Below are positions 39,960 through 49,927 of a DNA stretch of 64,000 nucleotides, piece after piece. The translations under genes and the position numbers were made by a program. The notes beneath the pieces were generated by a model. The model ran no database searches. It was not told the DNA's origin and was given only the letters and a program-made list of their open reading frames with translations. Position 1 is the first letter of the stretch, and the number at the start of each line of letters is the position of its first letter. Source of the stretch: Nitrososphaeria archaeon (GTDB lineage Archaea; Thermoproteota; Nitrososphaeria; Geothermarchaeales; JDFR-13); the NCBI GenBank assembly GCA_027078545.1, contig JALWXN010000004.1, positions 896,001-960,000 on the forward strand. The letters run 5' to 3'.

Positions 39960-40481
39960 ATGAGAACCCTGATTATACTAGTGACAATAATATTAAGCCT
40001 ACTAATCATAGGCAACATCTATGTACAGGGAAGGACAGCTCCAGAGTCCATCGACCCTAGATATGATGAGGACATGTATTATACGACGAGATACTTTCAT
40101 TATACACCTTACTATATGTATGGAAAAGTCGTTGGATGGTACGTACCCAGGGATTCCGGCTACTTTAGGACTATACACGCTGGATCCGGTGCAGATCGAT
40201 ATAACAGAACACTGAGTTATTATAACCATATAGTTATGCTTCGTTTATGTGGAAGGGCCTTCGACTCCAATGGAAACATGATTGCCAATCCCTGCGTTAC
40301 TGAAACCGCCACCCGCCAAGATCGGTATTTATATGAGGTGATTACCGTTGACTATGGAGCTGTAAGGGCGGTCAAGGCCCAGACCTATGTTTATGCCGTC
40401 TTCCACCATTATCATGATAGTACATTCGTAGTGTCATTTTCAGATAGCATTCCGTACAGCTACGTAGAGGTTAACTACTAG
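39960..40481 (+). CDS. Secreted Tyr-rich hypothetical protein
   Basis: Signal peptide, IDPR putative pro-segment end, two Cys; AT-richer than flanks. Confidence 0.7.
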   Translation: MRTLIILVTIILSLLIIGNIYVQGRTAPESIDPRYDEDMYYTTRYFHYTPYYMYGKVVGWYVPRDSGYFRTIHAGSGADRYNRTLSYYNHIVMLRLCGRAFDSNGNMIANPCVTETATRQDRYLYEVITVDYGAVRAVKAQTYVYAVFHHYHDSTFVVSFSDSIPYSYVEVNY

Positions 40482-40486
40482 GCGAG

Positions 40487-41350
40487 ATGAGGGGCCTAGC
40501 TATATCCCTCACCCTCCTATTTTTATTTATACAGCCACACCCATACTTGATACCCCTCGACGATGAAGGCATATATATGAAATACTCTGGATTCTTCGGG
40601 CTTTACACTCCACTTTACGGGGTTTATAGTGGAGAGCCCCTTGAGCCAGAAATACTGGACGCTACCCCCTTTGTCGAAGGTGAATTGTTGGTAAGGCTCG
40701 ATAAAAACTATATTGAATATGCCATCTACACCATAGAGATCAGGTTTAAGGGGAGTTACGAGGCCCTTGAGAGGCTGGGCCTAGGCACCAGGTTCACTGT
40801 CTCTGTAAAGGTTTACAGGGAAGGGGGCATGATAGACTTCCTGGGCCATCGCATCCCCTTCCTATTCGTAGCCGATCTTGACTATCTCTCCAATGGCCCC
40901 CATGAGATTCGAATATCTATAAACGGGACCTCCAACATCTCGATCAGTTTGCTGGAGCTTGAGGATAGGGTTGAGGAGATTGTTCTGAAGGGAGCATACT
41001 CTGTCCAGACCTTCGGATTGGACAATGGCCACAAGTATCTGGCTGGTATATTTAATGACAAGGATAAGAGGATACTCGCCACTTATTCATATCGTGGATA
41101 CGCCAGATTCTACAACTTCTTGGTTACGCCACTGCTGAGGATGGGTATAGTCATCACCTTCCATGGCAACCTAGTAGATACTAATCTAGAGGGGGTTCAG
41201 AAACAGCCAAGCCCACTAGAGATGTATAGATCACTACTATCCTCACTATTTGGGCCATTCGGGAGTGTCCTCTACTATACCAGCCTCATCACACTTTTAG
41301 GTCTGGTGATAGTGGCACTAGCTAAGCTAATTAGGAGGCTCAGAGGATGA
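40487..41350 (+). CDS. Membrane-anchored hypothetical protein, paralog A
   Basis: Signal peptide and C-terminal TM; aligns by eye with the downstream gene (KNYIEY/KNFVDY, PFL..DLDY, G.LVDTN, GP.G..YY, RRLR). Confidence 0.75.
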   Translation: MRGLAISLTLLFLFIQPHPYLIPLDDEGIYMKYSGFFGLYTPLYGVYSGEPLEPEILDATPFVEGELLVRLDKNYIEYAIYTIEIRFKGSYEALERLGLGTRFTVSVKVYREGGMIDFLGHRIPFLFVADLDYLSNGPHEIRISINGTSNISISLLELEDRVEEIVLKGAYSVQTFGLDNGHKYLAGIFNDKDKRILATYSYRGYARFYNFLVTPLLRMGIVITFHGNLVDTNLEGVQKQPSPLEMYRSLLSSLFGPFGSVLYYTSLITLLGLVIVALAKLIRRLRG

Positions 41351-41369
41351 GGAGATCAAGCCCTTGTTC

Positions 41370-42228
41370 ATGATACCCCTCGCCCTAATAGTAACGAGTA
41401 TAGCCGGGCCCCCACATGCTACCGCTACATGACGAGGATACATTCTTCAGATATGAAGGATATTTCAGTGTTTATGAACCGCTTGGGGGGTTGTATGACT
41501 TGGATATTAATATTTCCTGGATCGATTTTAAGGGGTCGTTACTCGTGACTGTTGAGAAGAATTTTGTGGACTATGTGGTGTATGGCCTAGTTGTTGAGCC
41601 GTATGAAGAGATCCCTCCTGAGCTGGAGATGTTGATAGGTGTTAAGACTCTCGTAAAGGTCTCTAGGGTGGGTGGGAACATCTATATCGATGGTCAGGAG
41701 CTACCCTTCCTCCTAGTCATAGACATGGACTACATCTCCAACGAGAACCCAGTTTATAACGTATCATTTGACGGCCTCACAAACTATACTATTTCCAACC
41801 TACGGCTGGTGGAGTCGGAAGGGGGGCTGATTCTAGAGACGAATCTCAGCATGCTATCTACGATCGTCCCAATAGGCCATGGATACCCATTCTCAATAAC
41901 TTCACAGGGGAAGTATACCACCCGGATCGGTGTATATTCCCGGTATGGCTATGCAGTGAGTTACTCATATCTCATGATCCCCTTTTTCGAGAAGGGGCTC
42001 GCGATAGACTTTGTTGGTTGGCTCGTAGATACCAATGCTGAGAGGGAGCCCGTGAATATGGTGGCGGTTCTCCTCGAGGGCTACCTTAGGTTCCTGGTGT
42101 TCAGCCTTGGGCCTCTGGGCATCGCGATATACTATGGCACTATGATTCTCGCCGCTGGTCTAGTAGCCGCCTTTGTCTACTGGCTTGTCAGGAGGCTTAG
42201 GTGGGGTTTTGGCGTGGCCGCCACCTAG
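41370..42228 (+). pseudogene. Membrane-anchored hypothetical protein, paralog B; signal peptide frameshifted from the main ORF (41416..42228)
   Basis: ATG 41370 gives MIPLALIVTSIAGP in a different frame; deleting one C from CCCCC (41409-41413) joins it to HMLPLHDE, matching paralog A PHPYLIPLDDE. Confidence 0.6.
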
Positions 42229-43102
42229 ATAGTCTCCTGTCGAACTCCTCGTACTCCTCGTATCCTATTAGTCTGTAGAACTCCCTCCTCTCCATCAGCC
42301 TGTCTAGGAAGGGTTTCTGCGTCCCGTGCTCCCTGAGGGCCTGGTATATCTCCAACGCGTTCTTGGCGTTGGCCCTGAATACGGTGACTGGGAAGACGAC
42401 GAACTTCACCCCTACACTCCTAAATTCCTCGTAGCTGATGTATGGCGTCCTCCCAAACTCCGTCATATTGGCTAGGATGGGTGCGTCGACCTCCTCGACG
42501 AAGACCCTATACTCCTCTAGAGTCTCCAGGGCCTCCGGGAATATTATGTCCGCCCCGGCCTCCACGTATAGCTTGGCCCTCCTCAGAGCCTCCTCCAGCC
42601 CATATACATTCCTCGCATCAGTCCTCGCCACTATCAGGAAGTCCCTACTCCTCCTAGCCTCCACAGCCGCCCTGATCTTCCTGGCCATATCTATAGGGTC
42701 CACCAGCTCCTTCCCGGAGAGGTGTCCACACTTCTTGGGGAGGACCTGGTCCTCGATCTGTATAGCGGCTGCCCCCGCATCCTCCAGCTCCCTCACGGCT
42801 CTAGCAACGTTTAAGACCTCCCCAAAACCTGTGTCGGCATCGACTATCAGTGGGATACCTACGACCTTAGTGATCAGCCTTGTGAAGAATACGAGTTCGG
42901 AGAGGGTGATAAGCCCTAGATCAGGCATGGCTAGGCTCCCGGTCAGGGCAGCCCCGCTCAGATATATAGCCCTATAGCCCACCTTCTCAGCCAGCAGGGC
43001 TGTGAAGGGGTTGTATACACCGGGGACTATATAGGCCTCCCCATCCTCCACCAGCTCCCTCAGAAGCGGCTTTACGTCACCAGTGGGTAGGAGATGCCTC
43101 AT
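42197..43102 (-). CDS. prpB: 2-methylisocitrate lyase
   Basis: YLSGA, MPDLG, DADTGFG, IEDQVLPKKCGH, ARTDA, NMTEFGRTP. Confidence 0.95.
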   Translation of the reverse strand: MRHLLPTGDVKPLLRELVEDGEAYIVPGVYNPFTALLAEKVGYRAIYLSGAALTGSLAMPDLGLITLSELVFFTRLITKVVGIPLIVDADTGFGEVLNVARAVRELEDAGAAAIQIEDQVLPKKCGHLSGKELVDPIDMARKIRAAVEARRSRDFLIVARTDARNVYGLEEALRRAKLYVEAGADIIFPEALETLEEYRVFVEEVDAPILANMTEFGRTPYISYEEFRSVGVKFVVFPVTVFRANAKNALEIYQALREHGTQKPFLDRLMERREFYRLIGYEEYEEFDRRLSRWRPRQNPT

Positions 43103-43103
43103 A

Positions 43104-44486
43104 CTAGATCACCAGTAGCTCGAGGAGCTCGTAGTAGTTGTGCTTCTCGAAGTTCATCGTGACCTCTATAATCTCCTCTATCACGTCTTCGGGGTAGTAG
43201 GGCCTGAGTAGTCGGAAGACCTTCTCCCTCAGTAGGTCGTCGACGTTGTGGCCGGAGCCTGGGTATCCCCTCGGCCTTGTGACGAGGCTCTCTAGGACGG
43301 TGCCATCCCTAAGCCTGACAACCACCCTGTTCGGCACCTCCCTCGGATAGAGCCTATCGAGCTCCGGGTCGACCTTGACATCCATCTTGGCCATAACCCT
43401 CTTGATATCCTCGTCCCTAAGCTTATCGTCGCTATAGGCGTCTAGCCAGATATCGCCGTGTAGAAGGGTGTATGCCACTATATATGGGAGGCTGTGGTCA
43501 GCCGTCTCCCTATTCTCCGGCCTCCACTTCTCGGGATGCTTAACTATTATGTCGTAGGTAGCCTGCACAGTATAGACCTCCACCCTCTCAATCTCCTCCG
43601 GCCTGAGGGGCCTACCACCAAGGAGCTCGAGCACTGCGTCGACAGCCGACTGGGCGTGATACTCCACCGGGTGGAACTTCATATACGTCCTCAGTATACC
43701 GGTGGGCTCAGGCCTCTCCCTAAGCTCCTTTATAGGGCCCGGGTCGAACTCTATACCCAGCTGGTTAATAAACCCCATCTCACCCGTGAAGGGCTCCGCA
43801 GGCCCCTCATAACCCGCCCTAGCCAGGTATGTCGCGTACATCGCGTGTCTACATGCATCGGCGGCTGCCGAGGCCTTCCACATCGTGATCCTACCCGCAC
43901 GGGTCTGCCTCAGAGCTATGTGGGGGACGGTCGCTATGGCCAATGCCTCTGCAGCCATCTCCTTAGAGAGTTTTAATAGGTTTGAGAGGGCGGCCACAGC
44001 TGCTATCATGGTGAAGTTGACGTGGTCCCACCCCTTCACACGGAGGGAGGCAGAGTCGCATAGACGGACACCCACCTCATAACCAACTGCTATAGCCGTC
44101 AATAGATCGGCCTCCGGACTCCCAGACTCCTCCAACGCGGCAGCCAAGACACCTATCATGTCGCTGGGGTGTAGGGGCTCCTTCGATAGGTAGGTATCGT
44201 TGAAGTCGAGGGCCCGGGTCATGGTGCTGTTTAGGAAGCCGGCATACTCTGGGAGGGTTGTGAAGTGGGTGAACCATATTGTCGAGCCGAGCTCCAAGGG
44301 GTATAGGCCTATGAACGCCTTCCTCAAGACCTGGACGGGCTTGAAGGGTAGAGAGGCTGCCGAGACGGCTATGGAATCTAGGAGGCGCCTCTTAGCCTCC
44401 AGTACAGCCTCTATAGGTATGTCCTCCCAGGATATGCTCGTTGCATACTCCGCGATAGCCTCCTGTATATAGTCGTACCGACTCAT
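43104..44486 (-). CDS. prpD: 2-methylcitrate dehydratase (MmgE/PrpD)
   Basis: RALDFNDTY..KEPLHPSD, GWDHV, RQTRAG...WK, KFHPVEYH, ETADHSLPY. Start refined to ATG 44486. Confidence 0.93.
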   Translation of the reverse strand: MSRYDYIQEAIAEYATSISWEDIPIEAVLEAKRRLLDSIAVSAASLPFKPVQVLRKAFIGLYPLELGSTIWFTHFTTLPEYAGFLNSTMTRALDFNDTYLSKEPLHPSDMIGVLAAALEESGSPEADLLTAIAVGYEVGVRLCDSASLRVKGWDHVNFTMIAAVAALSNLLKLSKEMAAEALAIATVPHIALRQTRAGRITMWKASAAADACRHAMYATYLARAGYEGPAEPFTGEMGFINQLGIEFDPGPIKELRERPEPTGILRTYMKFHPVEYHAQSAVDAVLELLGGRPLRPEEIERVEVYTVQATYDIIVKHPEKWRPENRETADHSLPYIVAYTLLHGDIWLDAYSDDKLRDEDIKRVMAKMDVKVDPELDRLYPREVPNRVVVRLRDGTVLESLVTRPRGYPGSGHNVDDLLREKVFRLLRPYYPEDVIEEIIEVTMNFEKHNYYELLELLVI

Positions 44487-44514
44487 GTAAACAGAATCCC
44501 AGAGAGCGTTATAT

Positions 44515-44566
44515 GAATAGTGGCTATCGAGGAATATTTGTAAAAGAGGGGGAGAATAGTGGCTAT
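44515..44566. repeat. 13-bp direct repeat GAATAGTGGCTAT x2 upstream of prpD
   Basis: Exact copies at 44515-44527 and 44554-44566, each containing the ATAG-N3-CTAT palindrome. Confidence 0.8.
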
Positions 44567-45276
44567 GCACTGAGCCCGCTTAGGAACTCGCTGAGCGGGA
44601 CATCCCTCACCTGGGAAGCCCAGCTGGGTACTGGAACGTCACCCGCAAAGGGTTTGAGGCTAACTCTCCCATCCTCCACCTTGAAGACTAGTAGGTCTGG
44701 GATGTATACCGGCTTATCCCTGAGGAGGCCGGCCATAAACGCCATATTGGATGGTATACCCTCAGGACCCATCCTCCCGTTTATCGCTATTATGACCGTC
44801 TCCCCAGGCCTGTATAGCACGTCCGTACTCTTCACAGCCATCTTCCCAGTATCGGGGTCGTAGCCATATGACCAGAGGAAGATGTAGAACCTATCCTCTG
44901 GGAACTCGCCCCTGAGAACCTCCTTCACCTCCAGGAGTACAAGTGTATTCAAACGCTTGACCTCCCGTGAGCCCAGCCTCTCAACAGTTATGTAGGTGCT
45001 CAGCTCCCTAACCTCAGCCAATACGAGGGCTATACCCCTATCATTCAGAAACTCCTCAAGATCCTCTGGGAAGACGTCATGCCTAATCAGCGGCTCCGTA
45101 GTTACCACATACTCGCTTGGTAGGGGGCTCTCACCCAAGGGTCTAGGCCCCTCTCCAGGGACATGTTGATAGACGGTGACGCTGGGAATATCCTGCTGGA
45201 AGAGGGATACGCCCGGGAATAATAGGATCAACGTGACAGTCACTAGGACCACCGCTATAAGTGGGAGGCCCTTCAT
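44563..45276 (-). CDS. Hypothetical N-terminally anchored extracellular protein
   Basis: Hydrophobic N-terminus, beta-rich body, 237 aa. Confidence 0.7.
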   Translation of the reverse strand: MKGLPLIAVVLVTVTLILLFPGVSLFQQDIPSVTVYQHVPGEGPRPLGESPLPSEYVVTTEPLIRHDVFPEDLEEFLNDRGIALVLAEVRELSTYITVERLGSREVKRLNTLVLLEVKEVLRGEFPEDRFYIFLWSYGYDPDTGKMAVKSTDVLYRPGETVIIAINGRMGPEGIPSNMAFMAGLLRDKPVYIPDLLVFKVEDGRVSLKPFAGDVPVPSWASQVRDVPLSEFLSGLSA

Positions 45277-45443
45277 CTAATCCCCATCATGCACCTATTT
45301 CTAGCAAAGTATATTAGTTTAGAGATTTGTACACCGATAATTCTAGGGTAGATCGTTAATGGATGGTTAAGCCATTCCCCAAAACAGTTGTCGACATAGC
45401 CTATACCCCGGAATATATCGCCGGCCTAGGGATGAATATCTAC

Positions 45444-46598
45444 ATGGCGGAGGAGAGGGTGTCTATCTATAGGGGGTTGAAGAACGTCTATGTGGCTGAG
45501 TCGAGGATCTGCCTGATCGACCATGAGAGGGGGAAGATCTACTACTATGGATATGACCTGGATGAGCTGGCCCAGAAGAGTAGTTATGAGGAGGTCCTCT
45601 ACCTACTCCTCCATGGAAGGCTACCCACAAGGAGGGAGTATCAGGAGTTCCTGGATAGGATAAGGGGGTCATTGCGGCTAGAGCCTGAGATCCTAGACGT
45701 TATGAGACGGATCCCAAGGGATATCGATATGATGGAGGCCCTACGAACAGTGGTCTCATACATCGGTAACCTCCGGAGCCGGGATCCGGAGTATACGAGG
45801 GATGATGTAGTGGACTACACCGTCGACCTCGTGGCAAAGATGCCCAGCATAATAGGGGGGCTATACAGGATGTGGAGGGGTTTGGAGCCCCTCGAGCCCA
45901 GGGAGGATCTAAGCCTCGCCGCCAACCTCCTATACCTCATAACCGGGAGGGAGTATGACGAGAGGGATGTTAGGGGCCTAGACATGAGCCTAATCCTCTA
46001 TGCAGAACACGGCATGAACGCATCCACCTTCGCAGCCGTAGTGGTCGCATCAACAGGTAGCGACTACTACTCCTCCATAGTCGCGGGTATAGGGGCGCTG
46101 AGGGGCCCACTACATGGGTACGCCAACACCGGTGCATTGGAGCAGTTCCTAGAGATAGACGACCCCTCAAATGTGGAGAGGTGGTTCAAGGAGAATATCG
46201 AGAGTAGGAGGAGGCGGCTCATAGGGTTTGGCCACAGGCTATACAGGATACACGACCCGAGGGCGAAGCACTACAGGAGGTGGCTAGAGGAGAATAGGGA
46301 GAGGTTTGACGAGGAGACCCGGCGGGTATACGAAACAGCTATGAAGCTATACAACGTGGCTATGAACAGCTTCCTAGCGGAGAAGGGGATATACCCCAAC
46401 TGCGACTACTGGAGCGCACTACTATACTACGCCCTGAAACTCCCAAAGGAGGTCTACACACCAATATTCGCAATGTCACGAATAGCCGGGTGGAGCAGCC
46501 ACATAGCTGAGTACCGAGAGGACAACATACTGATAAGGCCGAAGGCATACTACGTCGGCGAGAGAGACAAAAAGTACGTGCCCCTTGATGAGAGGTAG
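45444..46598 (+). CDS. prpC: Citrate synthase family, probably 2-methylcitrate synthase
   Basis: GLKNV, YAEHGMNAST, LRGPLHGYAN, GFGHRLY...DPR, YPNCDY, LIRP; adjacent to prpBD. Start refined to ATG 45444. Confidence 0.85.
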   Translation: MAEERVSIYRGLKNVYVAESRICLIDHERGKIYYYGYDLDELAQKSSYEEVLYLLLHGRLPTRREYQEFLDRIRGSLRLEPEILDVMRRIPRDIDMMEALRTVVSYIGNLRSRDPEYTRDDVVDYTVDLVAKMPSIIGGLYRMWRGLEPLEPREDLSLAANLLYLITGREYDERDVRGLDMSLILYAEHGMNASTFAAVVVASTGSDYYSSIVAGIGALRGPLHGYANTGALEQFLEIDDPSNVERWFKENIESRRRRLIGFGHRLYRIHDPRAKHYRRWLEENRERFDEETRRVYETAMKLYNVAMNSFLAEKGIYPNCDYWSALLYYALKLPKEVYTPIFAMSRIAGWSSHIAEYREDNILIRPKAYYVGERDKKYVPLDER

Positions 46599-46602
46599 AC
46601 AG

Positions 46603-47829
46603 TTATAGCTTAACCAAGACTATTTTGGAGGAGCCAATCTGGGCCTTATACAACACTACATATACTTCTCCATTATTCTCAACAAGGCCTAGCAGTCTAT
46701 AGCTCTCACTGATGACCTCGTTGTCAAGCACCCCGCCACCAGGTATCTTCACCAGTGCCAGATAGGTATCGGCGAAACGCTGTCCAACCAGCAGATAATT
46801 ATCACCTCCTATGTGTATCATGCTCGTTATCAGTACTGCCTCCTCAAAGGGACTTGGTAGGATTCCGACTGCCGGGGATAGGGCCTCGAGATCTATGAAC
46901 TGGACCTCGCTACTTTGATCGGCATAGATCACCGTGAAGAATATCTTTCCATCGGCGGCTCCCAGGGGAAGTACGTTTACGACGGGTGTCTCCCCACCCT
47001 GTATAGGGTATTCGAAGACTGTCTTGTTCTCAACTATGTTATACACCATGACCTTGAAGCTGGACCCGTATCTAGTTACCGCGATAAAGTGGTCACCCAC
47101 TACCCTGAACCTTATGGCACTATCAATCCTAGTTAGGAACTTCTTCCCCGAGTCATCCACAAGGTATATCTCGTCATAGGGATATAGGGTCACGACCCTA
47201 ACCAGCAAATCATCACCAAAACGATATAGGCTTATAGGGGAGATACCGAAGTAGTAGGATCCTTCTACGACCAGCTCACCATCTACTAGACGTATAATAC
47301 TAACATTACCATCGACCACAGCGATGATACGATCCTCCACGACAAAGACTCTCGGGAAGGCACCGCCATCCAGTGTAATAGATGCCACTAACTCCCAGTC
47401 AATTCCATATACCCCGATCCATAGCTCGCTCTCCAAGTCGTTTGATATTAGGGCTGGTACCACCACCATATCGTCTAGGAACCGGGGCTCCAGAAATCCC
47501 AGTCTCGAATATTCGAGATGGGTGGGAAAACTCTCTAGAGTGCGGGTATCTACCTGACCATCACGTAGCTCGACGAGTACTGGATACCCCCCGGGTTCAC
47601 CATCCAGACCCACGATATATAGTTTACCGTCAACACTCCCAACGTCGCTTGGGAAATTAAGGGTTTTAACAACGATACTCTCTAGAGTTATCCCCGACAC
47701 GGGAGGCCCAGTAGCTGGTATGCCAGGGAATATTGGGAGCCAGCCCATCAACACTATCAGGATGACTATCAGACCCATGGCCACGAAGGCAGCGATTGGG
47801 AGCCTCCTATACCGATGATTTTCACCCAC
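46603..47829 (-). CDS. Hypothetical membrane-anchored beta-rich (propeller-like) protein
   Basis: N-terminal TM, repeated short beta strands (DGKLYIVG, DGKIFFTV, NGEVYVV). Confidence 0.65.
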   Translation of the reverse strand: MGENHRYRRLPIAAFVAMGLIVILIVLMGWLPIFPGIPATGPPVSGITLESIVVKTLNFPSDVGSVDGKLYIVGLDGEPGGYPVLVELRDGQVDTRTLESFPTHLEYSRLGFLEPRFLDDMVVVPALISNDLESELWIGVYGIDWELVASITLDGGAFPRVFVVEDRIIAVVDGNVSIIRLVDGELVVEGSYYFGISPISLYRFGDDLLVRVVTLYPYDEIYLVDDSGKKFLTRIDSAIRFRVVGDHFIAVTRYGSSFKVMVYNIVENKTVFEYPIQGGETPVVNVLPLGAADGKIFFTVIYADQSSEVQFIDLEALSPAVGILPSPFEEAVLITSMIHIGGDNYLLVGQRFADTYLALVKIPGGGVLDNEVISESYRLLGLVENNGEVYVVLYKAQIGSSKIVLVKL

Positions 47830-47964
47830 GCCTATCTTTACCTCCTTACTGAAATTCTATCTCATTAAGGTGTGTAAATAATCTATGCTGATGTTATTGC
47901 TATACCGAATAGTGATGAACCATATTTAAGATCGGCTGTGGATAGGCCAGCAACTCCTAATAAA

Positions 47965-49197
47965 CTATGTGCCTCTTGGCAGTCCTAGTACGTGTCTCGC
48001 TATGTAGTTCAGGGCGAGTTGCTGGGTTACCGGTGCTAGTCTGAGTAGGTTTATCTCTCTCCACCACCGCTCTACATCGAACTCCCTTGCATAGCCGTAG
48101 CCTCCGAAGGTCTGCATAGCCCAGTACACCGCCTCTATCCCCGCCTCTATAGCTACGTACTTCGCTATGTTGCTGTTCCTCCCAACCTCTGATAGGCCTG
48201 TAGACCTCGAGACGACCTCGTCAAAGCTCTTCGGATCCCTCGGCGGGGGCAGCCTGTCATAGGTTGCCGCGGCTCTATATGCTAGGAGGCGTGCCCCCTC
48301 GAGCATGGCGTAGGACCTGGCTAGTGGGTGCTGGACAGCCTGGTAGGAGCCTATTGGCCGGTCGAAGACGACCCTGTTCTTGGCATACTCGACAGCCCTT
48401 GACAAGGCTAGGTATCCGATGGCAACAGCACCTATTGAGAAGCCTATCCTCTCAGGGTTGAGTATGTCGAGGAGGACGTACCAACCAGCGTCGAGTGGGC
48501 CTAGGAGGTTCTCCTCGGGTATCCTTAGATCCTCTATGTAGACCTCGCAGGACTTGCTATAGTTTATCCCATGCTTAGGGATGGGGCTATACCTCACATT
48601 CTTATTCGGCATATCCACTATGAAGAGTGATAGGCCGAGGCTCCTCCTCCCAGCCTCCTCGGGGGTCTTAGTGCGGGCGACGAGTATGAAGGCCCGAGCC
48701 CTATCTATCCCGCTTATGAAGACCTTCCTCCCATTAACGACGTACTCGTCACCCTCCTTCACGGCTGTCGTCTTTATCGATAATGTGTTTGACCCTACGT
48801 CCGGCTCGGTAAGGGCTAGGGCCCCCTCGATCCTCCCCTCCGCTATGCCTGGGAGATACTTCTCCTTCTGCTCCTTAGTACCGAACCTAGCTATGGGCAG
48901 TGCCAGGAATATCTCGGTAAGCATTATGTACCATACACCGGCCATCCCCGCACCTCCCCTCACGAGGCCCTCTATAGCGACGGCCAGCTCCTCCAGTCCA
49001 TAGCCGCTCCCCCCATACTCCTGGGGTATAACGATACCCATGAACCCCTGCTCGGCTATCGCCCTGAAGAACTCCTCCGCAAACTCCTCCCTAAGATCCT
49101 TCTCCCTCCAGTACTCGGGTGGGAACTGGCTTGAGACCTCGTAGGCCGTCCTGTATATAAGCTCCTTATCCCCTGATAGGTCGGGAGGTATCTCCAT
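47965..49197 (-). CDS. Acyl-CoA dehydrogenase
   Basis: ALTEPDVGS, NGRKVFISG, LNPERI, RVVFDRPIGSYQAVQH, QTFGGYGY. Confidence 0.95.
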   Translation of the reverse strand: MEIPPDLSGDKELIYRTAYEVSSQFPPEYWREKDLREEFAEEFFRAIAEQGFMGIVIPQEYGGSGYGLEELAVAIEGLVRGGAGMAGVWYIMLTEIFLALPIARFGTKEQKEKYLPGIAEGRIEGALALTEPDVGSNTLSIKTTAVKEGDEYVVNGRKVFISGIDRARAFILVARTKTPEEAGRRSLGLSLFIVDMPNKNVRYSPIPKHGINYSKSCEVYIEDLRIPEENLLGPLDAGWYVLLDILNPERIGFSIGAVAIGYLALSRAVEYAKNRVVFDRPIGSYQAVQHPLARSYAMLEGARLLAYRAAATYDRLPPPRDPKSFDEVVSRSTGLSEVGRNSNIAKYVAIEAGIEAVYWAMQTFGGYGYAREFDVERWWREINLLRLAPVTQQLALNYIARHVLGLPRGT

Positions 49198-49230
49198 AGG
49201 AGACTATATCCAGCCCGGATGATTTAAGCC

Positions 49231-49476
49231 CTAGGGGGCGAGGGCGAGTAGGAGTAGCTGATAAGCCACAAACAATATGGTCAGGGGGATCAAGAGATAC
49301 TTAAGACTCTCTAAGATACCCCTGTACTCCCTCATGGCTAGGAATGCTAGGTATGCCCCAACACCCAGGAGGAATATCATGACGAGTATATCCCCATCGA
49401 CCCCAAAAGTATCCATGACCCACCTCCCGAAGAGGGTATATATGATGAATAGTATGGAGAAGTGGACGGCCAGCAT
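49231..49476 (-). CDS. Small hypothetical membrane protein (3 TM)
   Basis: Three hydrophobic helices from MLAVHF; start uncertain (ORF track gives 49593). Confidence 0.55.
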   Translation of the reverse strand: MLAVHFSILFIIYTLFGRWVMDTFGVDGDILVMIFLLGVGAYLAFLAMREYRGILESLKYLLIPLTILFVAYQLLLLALAP

Positions 49477-49732
49477 AGCGCCCTTCCTAGCCCCACCAGC
49501 CTCTGAACCCCTATAGATGGTTATCCACCCCCTGGGAGCCCCAACAATATACATTGTACAATTTAGATGTGGATATAAGGCCCCAGCACCCAACTATATA
49601 GCCGTTGACCAAAGACCGTCTATGGATGGCTCACCACACTCTGATTAGACGGTTTCCGGATAGAAAAGGGTAGCTTGATACTGGTGACTCTAAATATGTA
49701 TGTGGTGGATAGGATGATCAGGGTGGGTCTCC

Positions 49733-49897
49733 ATGATGATCCAGATTAGTTTCGACGATGAGGCGAATGCACTATATGTAAAGTTGAGGGAGGATGCTGT
49801 TGAAGAGTCTAGGGAGGTCGCTCCAGGAGTCATAATAGACTTTAATAGGGAGGGGAGGGTTGTCGGTATAGAGGTTCTGAGGGATATAAGTGGGTAA
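49733..49897 (+). CDS. DUF2283-family small protein (not in the ORF track)
   Basis: Manual translation MMIQISFDDEANALYVKLREDAVEESREVAPGVIIDFNREGRVVGIEVLRDISG; GGGTGGG SD-like sequence upstream. Confidence 0.85.
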   Translation: MMIQISFDDEANALYVKLREDAVEESREVAPGVIIDFNREGRVVGIEVLRDISG

Positions 49898-49927
49898 CGC
49901 CTCGGCTCCCGATGGCTGGTAAGCGCT

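Noticed and set aside
47912-47964. GTGATGA C-box-like motif in an intergenic region
   Set aside because: No properly spaced D'/C'/D boxes or recognisable guide
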